From Burkholderiales bacterium (GTDB lineage Bacteria; Pseudomonadota; Gammaproteobacteria; Burkholderiales; SG8-39): a stretch of DNA of 58,165 nt. The translations under genes and the position numbers were made by a program. The notes below the pieces were generated by a model. It was not told the origin of the DNA. It saw only the letters and a program-made list of their open reading frames with translations, and ran no database searches. Where the stretch lies: the NCBI GenBank assembly GCA_036274335.1, contig DASUFW010000185.1, forward strand, positions 1 through 58,165. Direction: 5' to 3'. Below, piece by piece: positions 1 to 14,473 of the stretch; the first letter of the stretch is position 1; each line of letters starts with the position of its first letter.

Positions 1-3
1 AAG

Positions 4-681
4 GTGCGCCGGCACGGCCTCGCCGCGACGCTCCATCTGGCGGCGGTCAAGGCGCTCGGCGTGCTGGTGGAATTCAAGATCCTGCGCGCCGTGTCCGCCG
101 ATCGTCCCGTCCCGGCCTTCCTCGACTGTCCCTACGCGGCCCGGCTGCTCGACGAGGCCGAGCTGCGGGAATTCGCGCGCGATCCGGCCAGCGAGCTGTC
201 GGCCGAATTCCTCGACCAGGCCCTCGCGCGCGGCGATCAGTGCTACGCCATCGTCGACGGCGGCAGGCTGGCGGCGTACGGCTGGTACGCGTTCGGCCCG
301 ACGCCGCTCGGCCCGCCCGGGGTCACGGTGCAATTCCGGCGCGGCTGGGTGTACATGTACAAGGGCTTCACCGATCCGGCCTACCGCGGGCAGCGGCTGC
401 ACGCCATCGGCATGACGCGCGCCCTCGAGCACTACCGCGAAAAGGGATTGGCCGGCATCGTCTCGTATGTCGAGTCGAGCAACTTCGACTCGCTCAAGTC
501 CTGCTTCCGGATGGGCTACTCGGCGTTCGGCACCGTCGTCCTGGTCAGGCTGCTCGGGCGCTATTACAGCGGCGCGACCCCGGGTTGCCGCAAGTACGGC
601 TTCGGCGTCACATGTTCGGATAGTTCGGGCCGCCGCCGCCCTCCGGCGCAACCCAGACGATATTCTGCGTCGGATCCTTGA
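4..681 (+). CDS. GNAT-family N-acetyltransferase, possibly 5'-truncated by the window edge (frame is open from base 1)
   Basis: 225-aa ORF with a GNAT-like core (GWVYMYKGFTDPAYRGQRLHAIGMTRALEHY). High GC3. The last ~25 codons overlap the convergent ETF-QO gene. Confidence 0.55.
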   Translation: MRRHGLAATLHLAAVKALGVLVEFKILRAVSADRPVPAFLDCPYAARLLDEAELREFARDPASELSAEFLDQALARGDQCYAIVDGGRLAAYGWYAFGPTPLGPPGVTVQFRRGWVYMYKGFTDPAYRGQRLHAIGMTRALEHYREKGLAGIVSYVESSNFDSLKSCFRMGYSAFGTVVLVRLLGRYYSGATPGCRKYGFGVTCSDSSGRRRPPAQPRRYSASDP

Positions 682-2227
682 TGTCGCAGGTCTTGCAGTG
701 CACGCAGTTCTGCGCGTTGATCTGCAGCCGCGGGCTGCTGTCGAGGTCGACGAACTCGTAGACCCCGGCGGGGCAGTAGCGCTGCTCGGGTCCGGCGTAC
801 CGCTCCAGGTTCACCTTGACCGGGATCGAGGGATCCTTGAGCGTCAGGTGCGCCGGCTGGTCCTCGCCGTGATTGGTGTTGGAGAAGGAGAGATCGGTCA
901 GCCGGTCGAACGTGAGGACGCCGTCCGGCTTCGGATAGGGAATCGGCCTGGCCTTTGATTTCTCCACCAGGGTCTCGTGATCGGCGTGGCCATGCTGCAA
1001 GGTCCACGGGGCGCGCCCGCGGAACAGCACCTGGTCGATGCCGACCATCATCGTCCCCAGGTACAGGCCCTTCGCCATCCACGGCTTGAAGTTGCGCGCC
1101 TTGTAGAGCTCCTCGTACAGCCAGCTCGCCCGGAAGGCATCGGGATAGGCGGCGAGCTCGTCGCCCGCCCGGCCCGCCTTCAGCGCCGCGACCGCCGCCT
1201 CGGCCGCGAGCATGCCGGACTTGATCGCCGCGTGGCTGCCCTTGATGCGCGAGGCGTTGAGGAAGCCCGCGTCGTCGCCGATCAGCGCGCCGCCGGGGAA
1301 GACCAGCTTCGGCAACGATTGCAGCCCGCCCGCGGCGATGGCGCGCGCGCCATAAGCCACTCGCTTCCCGCCGGCAAGAACCTCGCGGATCGCCGGATGC
1401 GTCTTGAACCGCTGGAATTCCTCGTAAGGCGAGAGATACGGGTTGGCGTAGGCGAGGCCCACCACGAACCCGACCGAGACCTGGTTGTTCTCCTGGTGAT
1501 AGACGAACGAGCCGCCGTAGGTGTCCGGGTCGAGCGGCCACCCGGCGGTGTGCATGACCAGGCCGGGCCGGTGCCTTTCCGGCTTCACGTCCCACAGCTC
1601 CTTCAGCCCGATGCCGTACACCTGGGGCGACGTCCGCAGCCTGAATCGCTCCTCCAGCTGCCGCCCGAGCTGGCCGCGGCAGCCCTCGGCGAACAGGGTG
1701 TACTTGCCGTGCAGCTCCATGCCCGGCTGGTAGGCGCCGGTCTTCTCGCCTTTCCTGTCGATGCCCAGGTCGCCGGTCGCGACGCCTTTGACGGCTTCGT
1801 TCTCCAGGAGAATTTCCGTGGCGGCGAACCCGGGGAAGATCTCCACCCCGGCTTCCTCCGCCTGCTTGCCGAGCCAGCGGGTGACGTTGCCGAGGCTGAC
1901 GACGTACATGCCGTGGTTCTGAAAGCAGCCGGGCAGCATCCAGCCGGGCGTCGCGATCGAGCCTTTCTCGGTCAGGAACAGGAAGCGGTCCCGTGTGACG
2001 GGCGTGTTGAGCGGCGCGCCCTTCGCCTTCCAGCCGGGAATCAGCTCGTCGAGCGCGCGCGGGTCCATCACCGCGCCGGACAGGATGTGGGCGCCGACCT
2101 CCGAGCCCTTCTCGAGGACGCACACCGAGACCGCGGCGTCGAGCTGCTTGACGCGGATCGCGGCGGCGAGGCCGGCGGGCCCGGCGCCGACCACCACGAC
2201 GTCGTACTGCATCGATTCGCGCGGCAT
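608..2227 (-). CDS. Electron-transfer flavoprotein:ubiquinone oxidoreductase (ETF-QO)
   Basis: 539 aa. N-terminal FAD fold DVVVVGAGPAGLAAA. C-terminal 4Fe-4S ferredoxin-like motif (CPAGVYEF...NCVHCKTCDIKDP). Full-length ETF-QO architecture. Confidence 0.93.
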   Translation of the reverse strand: MPRESMQYDVVVVGAGPAGLAAAIRVKQLDAAVSVCVLEKGSEVGAHILSGAVMDPRALDELIPGWKAKGAPLNTPVTRDRFLFLTEKGSIATPGWMLPGCFQNHGMYVVSLGNVTRWLGKQAEEAGVEIFPGFAATEILLENEAVKGVATGDLGIDRKGEKTGAYQPGMELHGKYTLFAEGCRGQLGRQLEERFRLRTSPQVYGIGLKELWDVKPERHRPGLVMHTAGWPLDPDTYGGSFVYHQENNQVSVGFVVGLAYANPYLSPYEEFQRFKTHPAIREVLAGGKRVAYGARAIAAGGLQSLPKLVFPGGALIGDDAGFLNASRIKGSHAAIKSGMLAAEAAVAALKAGRAGDELAAYPDAFRASWLYEELYKARNFKPWMAKGLYLGTMMVGIDQVLFRGRAPWTLQHGHADHETLVEKSKARPIPYPKPDGVLTFDRLTDLSFSNTNHGEDQPAHLTLKDPSIPVKVNLERYAGPEQRYCPAGVYEFVDLDSSPRLQINAQNCVHCKTCDIKDPTQNIVWVAPEGGGGPNYPNM

Positions 2228-2253
2228 CGAGGAAATTATAATTTGCCCCTTCC

Positions 2254-2648
2254 ATGAGCGAGAAAAAGCTGGTCCACGTCGAGAAGATCCCGGTTCGCTG
2301 GGGCGACATGGACGCGATGGGGCACGTCAACAACACCGTCTACTTCCGCTTCATGGAGCAGACCCGCATCCGCTGGTTCGAGAAGCTGATGCCGCGCGGC
2401 GAGGCGTGGGGCGCGACGGGCATCGTCATCGCCAACGCCTCGTGCAACTTCAAGAAGGCGATCAACTATCCCGCCACGGTCGAGGTGAAGATGTACGCCG
2501 GGCCGGCCGGCGGATCGAGCCTGCCCACGTTCTATGAATTGACGGTCGACAATCAAATGTACGCCGACGGCGCGGCCACGGTCGTGTTCATCGACATGGC
2601 GAAGCAGAAGGCGGTGCGCATCCCCGAGCACCTGCGGGCGAAGCTGGC

Positions 2649-2652
<4 letters not shown>
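2254..2652 (+). CDS. Acyl-CoA thioesterase, 4HBT/YbgC-like hotdog fold
   Basis: 132 aa. N-terminal motif [23 protein letters not shown] is typical of YbgC/4HBT thioesterases. Confidence 0.85.
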
Positions 2653-4565
<1,913 letters not shown>

Positions 4566-4604
4566 TTTCGTGTAAACTGCTCCATTCCTACACGCCTCAG
4601 GTAA

Positions 4605-8391
<3,787 letters not shown>

Positions 8392-8395
8392 CGCC

Positions 8396-8689
8396 ATGAG
8401 GTTGCTCGGCGCCGTGCTCGGCGCCCTCCTGGTGCTGATCCAGTACCCTCTGTGGCTGGGCAAGGGGGGGTGGCTGCGGGTATGGGAGCTCGACCGGCAG
8501 GTGGCGACCGCCCAGGCGCGTAACGCGGGGCTCGAGGAGCGCAACGCGGGCCTGGAAGCCGAGGTGAGCGACCTGAAGCAGGGCTCGGAAGCCGTCGAGG
8601 AGCGAGCGCGGTATGAACTGGGGATGATCCGGCAGAACGAGGTCTTCTTCCAGGTCATCGAACAAAAACAAATAGAAACAAGTAAATAG
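8396..8689 (+). CDS. ftsB: Cell division protein FtsB
   Basis: 97 aa from [25 protein letters not shown]: TM anchor, then coiled coil, then [15 protein letters not shown] motif. Conserved position after eno. Confidence 0.85.
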   Translation: MRLLGAVLGALLVLIQYPLWLGKGGWLRVWELDRQVATAQARNAGLEERNAGLEAEVSDLKQGSEAVEERARYELGMIRQNEVFFQVIEQKQIETSK

Positions 8690-8778
8690 AGATCTTATTT
8701 CATGTCATTTATGCGGTACGCCCAGGACATCCTTGGTGACCGGCCTGGCGTAGCATTGCTCGGACCAAAGGAGGCGCC

Positions 8779-9624
8779 ATGAAGCTCACCGGCTCGCAGG
8801 CCGAACAGTTCGACCGGGACGGCTACTTGTTCTTTCCGGGCCTGTTCACGCAGGAAGAGGTGAAGACGCTCACCGACGAGGTTCCGGCGATCTACGCCCA
8901 GCGCCGGCCGGAAAACGTGCGCGAGAAGGACAGCGACGCGGTGCGCACGAATTTCGCCGCGCACCTGTACAGCGCGCCGTTCGCGAAGCTGGCGCGCCAC
9001 CCGCGCATGGTCGAGCCGATCAAGCAGCTGTTCGGCGAGGACGTGTACATGCACCAGTTCAAGATCAACGGCAAGATGGCCTTCGAGGGCGACGTCTGGC
9101 AGTGGCACCAGGACTACGGCACCTGGCTGAACGACGACCAGATGCCGGAGGCGCGCGCCATGAACGTCGCGATCTTCCTCGACGAGGTGAACGAGTTCAA
9201 CGGCCCGCTGATGTTCATTCCGGGCAGCCACAAGCAGGGCGTGCTGGAGGCGGGCCACGACACGAGCACCACCAGCTATCCGCTGTGGACGATCAACAAC
9301 GAGAACATCCGCCGGATGGTGGCGAAGGGCGGGCTGGTGGCGCCCAAGGGGCCGGCGGGCTCGATGATCCTGTTCCATGGCTGCCTGGTGCACGCATCGG
9401 GCTCCAACCTCTCGCCCTGGAACCGGGTGAGCGTGTACCTGTCGCTGTGCGCCGTCTCCAACCACATCCGCCGCTTCAAGCGGCCGGGCTACATCGCGCA
9501 CCGGGACTTCACGCCGATCGAGTGCCTGCCCGACGACTGCCTGCTCAAGGACTACCGGGTCGCGCTGCCGTGGAAGGACGGGACGCCGGCCGAGGAGCTG
9601 CAGGGGCTCCTGAAGGCGGCGTGA
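8779..9624 (+). CDS. Fe(II)/2-oxoglutarate dioxygenase, PhyH family, ectoine-hydroxylase-like
   Basis: 281 aa. The block VWQWHQDYGTWLNDDQMP resembles the EctD signature but diverges from it. HxD plus a distal His (LFHGCLVHASGSN). AGGAGG SD upstream. Confidence 0.8.
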   Translation: MKLTGSQAEQFDRDGYLFFPGLFTQEEVKTLTDEVPAIYAQRRPENVREKDSDAVRTNFAAHLYSAPFAKLARHPRMVEPIKQLFGEDVYMHQFKINGKMAFEGDVWQWHQDYGTWLNDDQMPEARAMNVAIFLDEVNEFNGPLMFIPGSHKQGVLEAGHDTSTTSYPLWTINNENIRRMVAKGGLVAPKGPAGSMILFHGCLVHASGSNLSPWNRVSVYLSLCAVSNHIRRFKRPGYIAHRDFTPIECLPDDCLLKDYRVALPWKDGTPAEELQGLLKAA

Positions 9625-9625
9625 G

Positions 9626-10951
9626 ATGAACCTGCACGCCAAGCTGAGAGCGCGCGAGGCGGCGGGGAGGCCGCTGCGCGTGGGGCTGATCGGGGCGGGC
9701 AAGTTCGCCGCCATGTACCTCGCGCAGGTGCCCAGGACGCCGGGCGTGCGGCTGGTCCGGATCGCCGACCTGGCGCCGGAGAACGCGCGGGCCAATCTGG
9801 CGCGCGTCGGCTGGCCTGCGGAGCTCGTGCGGCGCACGCCGATCGTCGAGGACTGGCGCAAGGTGGTCGCCGATCCGGAGGTCGACATCGTGATCGAGGC
9901 GACCGGCAACCCCATGGCCGCGGTCGAGCACGTGCTGGAGTGCTTCCGGCAGGGCAAGCACGTGGTCATGGTCACGGTGGAGGCGGACGCCTTCTGCGGC
10001 CCGATCCTCGCGCGGAAGGCTGCGGAAGCGGGCGTCGTGTACAGCCTCGCCTATGGCGACCAGCCCGCGCTGATCTGCGATCTCGTCGACTGGGCACGGA
10101 CCGCCGGCTTCCCGGTGGTCGCGGCGGGGCGGGGCCACAAATGGCTACCGCATTTCGCGCAGTCCACGCCGGAGACCGTCTGGGGCCACTACGGCCTGAC
10201 GCCGGAGCAGGCGAAGGTGGGCGGGCTCAACCCCAAGATGTTCAATTCGTTCCTGGACGGGTCGAAGCCGGCGATCGAGACCAGTGCCGTCTGCAACGCC
10301 ACCGGCCTCACCCCGGCGCCGGGCGGGCTCGCCTATCCGGCCGGCAGCGTCGATCAGATCCCGAACCTGATGCGGCCCCGGGCAGACGGTGGCGTGCTGC
10401 ATCACAAGGGGCAGGTCGAGGTGGTGTCATCGCTGCATCCCGACGGAAGGCCCATCGACTACGACATCCGCTTCGGCGTCTGGGTCGCGTTCGAGGGCGA
10501 AAGCGAGTACATCCGGCGCTGCTTTGCGGAGTACGGCGTGAAGACGGACGACAGCGGCCGCTACGCCTGCCTGTACAAGCGATGGCACCTGATCGGGCTC
10601 GAGGTGGGCATCTCGGTCGCCTCGGTGGGCCTGCGGGGCGAGCCGACCGGTTGCGCCACCGGCTTCCGGGCGGATGCCGTCGCGACGGCCAAGCGCTCGC
10701 TGAAGGCGGGGGAGGTGCTGGACGGCGAGGGAGGCTACACCGTGGTCGGCCGCCTGATGCCCGCCGAGGACTCGCTCGCGCGCGAATGCCTGCCCCTGGG
10801 GTTGGCGCACGGCTGGAAGCTCACGCGGCCCGTCGCCGCGGGCGAGCCCCTGCGCTGGAGCGACGTGGCCGTGGACTCGGCCCATCCCGCGGTGCGCTTG
10901 CGCCGCGAAATGGAGGATTCGCAGCGCGCGCGCAATCGGCATGCCGCCTGA
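9626..10951 (+). CDS. NAD(P)-dependent oxidoreductase with C-terminal SAF domain (homoserine-dehydrogenase-like, COG4091-type)
   Basis: 441 aa. Rossmann motif VGLIGAGKFAAMY. C-terminal SAF-like segment (LKAGEVLDGEGGYTV...AAGEPLRWSDVAV). Starts 2 nt after the dioxygenase stop. Confidence 0.7.
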   Translation: MNLHAKLRAREAAGRPLRVGLIGAGKFAAMYLAQVPRTPGVRLVRIADLAPENARANLARVGWPAELVRRTPIVEDWRKVVADPEVDIVIEATGNPMAAVEHVLECFRQGKHVVMVTVEADAFCGPILARKAAEAGVVYSLAYGDQPALICDLVDWARTAGFPVVAAGRGHKWLPHFAQSTPETVWGHYGLTPEQAKVGGLNPKMFNSFLDGSKPAIETSAVCNATGLTPAPGGLAYPAGSVDQIPNLMRPRADGGVLHHKGQVEVVSSLHPDGRPIDYDIRFGVWVAFEGESEYIRRCFAEYGVKTDDSGRYACLYKRWHLIGLEVGISVASVGLRGEPTGCATGFRADAVATAKRSLKAGEVLDGEGGYTVVGRLMPAEDSLARECLPLGLAHGWKLTRPVAAGEPLRWSDVAVDSAHPAVRLRREMEDSQRARNRHAA

Positions 10952-11192
10952 CCAGTCCCCGCGGTTCCTGACGAAGTTCAGCTTCCGGATCCGGACCCGC
11001 AGCGGCACGCCGGTGGAAAACCTGATGATCCAGGCGGCCAATCAGGGGCAGGCCGAGCAGCGCCTGCAGCAGATGTATCCCTATTGCGAGATCGTCGAGT
11101 GCCGGGAGCTGACGGCGATGCCGCGCGACGAGTCGGCCAACATCGACAACATCATCTCGCTGATCTCGAAGGACGACGGCGAGGCGCGCTAG
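10941..11192 (+). CDS. Hypothetical small protein (83 aa), translationally coupled to the upstream oxidoreductase
   Basis: ATG overlaps the end of the upstream gene by 11 nt. Third codon positions are strongly G/C over the whole ORF. No family recognised. Confidence 0.5.
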   Translation: MPPDQSPRFLTKFSFRIRTRSGTPVENLMIQAANQGQAEQRLQQMYPYCEIVECRELTAMPRDESANIDNIISLISKDDGEAR

Positions 11193-11974
11193 GACGCGGG
11201 TGGCGGCCGCTGCTGGATGAAGCCGGATGTGATCAGCTCTTCCACCAGCGCGTCATAATCCCGCGCGCCGCGGCTCTCCGGGGCGTGGGCGAAGACGTCC
11301 TTGCCCGCCGCGGGACTTTCGGCCAGCGCGACGTTCTCCGAGATGCGCGTCTGGCAGATGTCCGCGCCGAAACGGGCGTGCAGCTCCTCGACGATCTGGT
11401 GCGAAAGTTTGCGGCGGGTGTCGAAGCGGGTGATCAGGTAACGGCGCTCGACGCGCTTCTTCAGCACGTGCTCCAGCGCCTTCAGCGTCTTCTCGCATTG
11501 CTGCACGCCCTTCAGCGCGAGGTAGTCCGCGGAGACCGGGATCAGCACCCGGTCGGAGGCGAAGATGGCGGAGAGCGAAAGCACGCCGAGCACCGGGCAG
11601 CAGTCGATCACGATCGGGCGGCCGGTGTTGAGGTTCTCGCGCACGATCCCCAGGTTCAGGCGGTTGAGCACGCTCGCGCCCTTGCCGAACTGCGTGTCGA
11701 CCTTGGACAGCTCGACGTGCGCGGAGATCGCCAGCCAGCCGCCGGTCGAGGGGCGGATCAGCTGCGTGAGGGGCTTGGAGAGCTGGTAGAACCCGTACAC
11801 CGAGTCGTCCGAGCGCTCGACTACCGCGCCGCACACGTACGACAGGTGCGCCTGGGGGTCCAGATCGATCGACAGGGGGTTGAAGCCGCGCCGGGCGAGG
11901 GCCGCCGTCAGGTTGAGCGAGGTCGTGGTCTTGCCGACCCCACCCTTCTGATTGAAGACCGCGATCTTGGCCAA
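11189..11974 (-). CDS. ParA/MinD-family P-loop ATPase (orphan)
   Basis: Deviant Walker A: AKIAVFNQKGGVGKTTTSLNLTAAL. Start placed at the TTG giving M-AKIAVF, with GGAGGG just upstream. The ORF track extends to 12025. Confidence 0.82.
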   Translation of the reverse strand: MAKIAVFNQKGGVGKTTTSLNLTAALARRGFNPLSIDLDPQAHLSYVCGAVVERSDDSVYGFYQLSKPLTQLIRPSTGGWLAISAHVELSKVDTQFGKGASVLNRLNLGIVRENLNTGRPIVIDCCPVLGVLSLSAIFASDRVLIPVSADYLALKGVQQCEKTLKALEHVLKKRVERRYLITRFDTRRKLSHQIVEELHARFGADICQTRISENVALAESPAAGKDVFAHAPESRGARDYDALVEELITSGFIQQRPPPAS

Positions 11975-12062
11975 TTGCCCTCCGGGGTCCAGACCTTCGC
12001 ACCCGAGGGGAGGGCTGTCAAACAACTAGTGCCGGTCTGCGCCGGCCGGGGCGCCCAGGGGG

Positions 12063-12452
12063 CTAGACCCCACGATCCTTGAACACTTCCCGTGCGCAGC
12101 GGAAGCTGACCACCGCGGCCGGCACGCCGCAGTAGATCGCCACCTGCAGGAACACCTCCCGGATCTGCTCCTTGGACAGGCCGTTGTTGAGCGCACCATT
12201 GATGTGCAGCTTGAGCTCGTGCTCCTTGCCCAGTGCGGACAGCATCGCCAGGTTGAGCATCGAGCGGGTCTTGCGATCCAGTCCCGGGCGGTTCCAGATG
12301 TCGTTCCAGCAATACGTGTTCAGGAGCTCGACGAACGGCTGGCTGAATTCGTCGGCCGAGGCCATGGCCTTGTCCACATACTCGGCGCCGAGCACCGCGC
12401 GGCGGGTCTTCAGTCCGTCGTCGAAACGCTCCTTCTGGCTGCGCTTGTCCAT
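12063..12452 (-). CDS. Carboxymuconolactone decarboxylase (CMD/AhpD-like) family protein
   Basis: 129 aa from MDKRSQKERFDDGLKTRRAVLG. The stretch YCWNDIWNRPGLDRKTRSMLNLAM...QVAIYCGVPAA is typical of PcaC-like CMD proteins. Confidence 0.85.
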   Translation of the reverse strand: MDKRSQKERFDDGLKTRRAVLGAEYVDKAMASADEFSQPFVELLNTYCWNDIWNRPGLDRKTRSMLNLAMLSALGKEHELKLHINGALNNGLSKEQIREVFLQVAIYCGVPAAVVSFRCAREVFKDRGV

Positions 12453-12466
12453 CCTTGGGTCTCCGT

Positions 12467-13240
12467 TCAAACGATGTCTTCGTAGCGGATGCCGGCCCGG
12501 CGGAGCAGGGCATCGAAAGGCGGTCCGGCGGGGCGCGGTCCGGAAAGGACGGCCTCGTTGCGCGCCGTCGACGACTCGAGGACGTCCCGGCGGATCGGCA
12601 GATTCTCCCCGTGCATCGCGTCGGTCGCCGCCTGGATTTCGCAAGCGCGCTGCAACCCCCAGTAGGTGAGGTAGGCCTGCGAAATGCTCGGGCAGGCCAC
12701 GAGCAGCCCATGGTTGCGGAGGATGAGGATCGACTTGTCGCCGAGGCTCGCCACGAGCCGCGGCTGCTCCGAGAGATCGGTCGTCACGCCCTCGAAGTCG
12801 TGGTACGCGATTTGTCCGTAGAGGAGCGCGCTGTAGAAGTTGTCGAAGCGCAACCCCTCCTTCTTGCAGGCAACGGCGCTGCCGGCCGTGGTGTGCGTGT
12901 GGATGACGCAATGCGCGTCCTCGCGCGCGGCGTGGATGGCGCTGTGGATGACGAATCCCGCCTTGTTGACCGGGTACTTCGACCCGTCCATCGTCTCGCC
13001 GGCGATGTTCACCTTGACCAGGTTGGTCGCCGTGACTTCGCAGTAGTTCAGTCCGAACGGGTTGATGAGGTAGTGGCGGTCCGGCCCGGGTACGCGGGCC
13101 GTGATGTGGTTGAAGATGGATTCCGTCCAGTCCATCCAGTCGAACGCGCGGTACAGCGCGGCGAGCTCCAGACGGACTTCCCACTCGTCGGCGCTCATCG
13201 CGTCGGGCTTGAGGCGCAGCAGCTTTTCACTCAGGTCCAT
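12467..13240 (-). CDS. Class II aldolase/adducin family protein
   Basis: Start at MDLSEKLL with GGGAGG SD. Motifs FVIHSAIHAAREDAHCVIHTHT and LRNHGLLVAC. Confidence 0.85.
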   Translation of the reverse strand: MDLSEKLLRLKPDAMSADEWEVRLELAALYRAFDWMDWTESIFNHITARVPGPDRHYLINPFGLNYCEVTATNLVKVNIAGETMDGSKYPVNKAGFVIHSAIHAAREDAHCVIHTHTTAGSAVACKKEGLRFDNFYSALLYGQIAYHDFEGVTTDLSEQPRLVASLGDKSILILRNHGLLVACPSISQAYLTYWGLQRACEIQAATDAMHGENLPIRRDVLESSTARNEAVLSGPRPAGPPFDALLRRAGIRYEDIV

Positions 13241-13259
13241 GGGGCCTCCCTGCCGGCGA

Positions 13260-14459
13260 CTATAGCCGCTTTCGGGCACGCAGCAACAGGCCGCCCGCGA
13301 TCGTCATGTTGAGCAGGTTCCAGCCGATGCCGTTCAGGAACGCGGCGCGATACGATCCGGTCAGGTCGAACAAAGCCCCGGACAGCCAGCCGCCGAGCGC
13401 CATGCCGACGAGCGTGGCCGTCAGCACGACGCTGACCGTGGCGCCCGCCGTCTGCGGGCGGAAGTACTCGCGCACGATGATCGCGTAGGAAGGCACGATC
13501 CCGCCCTGGAACAGGCCGAACAGCGCAGAAACCACGTAGAGCGATGCCAGCCCGTCGGCCGGCAGATACAGGAACAGCGCGACGCATTGCAGCGTCGAGC
13601 CGAGCAGGAGGGTGCGCAGCCCGCCGATACGGTCGCAGATCCAGCCCGACAGCAGGCGGCTGACGATGCCGAAGGCGAGCATGAGGGAGAGCATCTCCGC
13701 GCCGCGCGCGGCCGCAAAGCCGAAGTCTCCGCAGAGCGCGACGATATGGACCTGCGGCATGGACATGGCCACGCAGCAGGCCACGCCTGCGGTGCAGAGC
13801 AACCCGAGCAGCAGGGCGGGAGGCAGTCCGAGATCATGCGGGGGGCGAGCGCCCGCGGCCCCGGGGGCCGGGTCGAGGCGCGGCGGGCGCGGCCGCAATA
13901 CCCAGGCGAGCGGCAGCATGGCCAGCGTGCAGAACACCCCCACGCCGACGTAGGTCGAGCGCCAGCCCACCGAATCGAAGAAGTGCTGGACCACCGGGGG
14001 CCACACGGCGCCTGCCAGGTAGTTGCCGCTCGCGCAGATGGCGACCGCGATGCCACGACGCCGGAAGAACCAGAGGGAGGTATCCGCCACCAGCGGCGCA
14101 AAGGTGGCCGAGCTGCCGAGGAAACCGATCAGCAGGCCTTGCACGAGCGCGAATTGGGCGAGGCTGGCCGACTTCGCGGCAAACAGGAACCCGGCGCCCA
14201 GGCAGAACGCGCCGAGCATCACGGGCACCATGACGCCGAACCGGTCGGCGAGCCTCCCCATGAGGATGCTGCCGAGGCCGAAGCCGATCATGGTCAGCGT
14301 GTAGGGCAGCGACGCGTCCGAGCGATCCACCCCGAACTCGCTCTGGATCGGCGGCAGCGCGACCGTCACGATGTACATGCCGGCGCCGCCCAGCGTGACC
14401 AGCGCGAGCGCCGCGGCGAGGCGCAGCCACGCGTAGCCCGATTCCGCTTCGTGCCGCAC
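13260..14459 (-). CDS. MFS transporter
   Basis: 399 aa, about 12 hydrophobic segments, MFS loop motif GRLADRFG. Confidence 0.85.
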   Translation of the reverse strand: MRHEAESGYAWLRLAAALALVTLGGAGMYIVTVALPPIQSEFGVDRSDASLPYTLTMIGFGLGSILMGRLADRFGVMVPVMLGAFCLGAGFLFAAKSASLAQFALVQGLLIGFLGSSATFAPLVADTSLWFFRRRGIAVAICASGNYLAGAVWPPVVQHFFDSVGWRSTYVGVGVFCTLAMLPLAWVLRPRPPRLDPAPGAAGARPPHDLGLPPALLLGLLCTAGVACCVAMSMPQVHIVALCGDFGFAAARGAEMLSLMLAFGIVSRLLSGWICDRIGGLRTLLLGSTLQCVALFLYLPADGLASLYVVSALFGLFQGGIVPSYAIIVREYFRPQTAGATVSVVLTATLVGMALGGWLSGALFDLTGSYRAAFLNGIGWNLLNMTIAGGLLLRARKRL

Positions 14460-14473
14460 GGGGGTCGCCGCGA

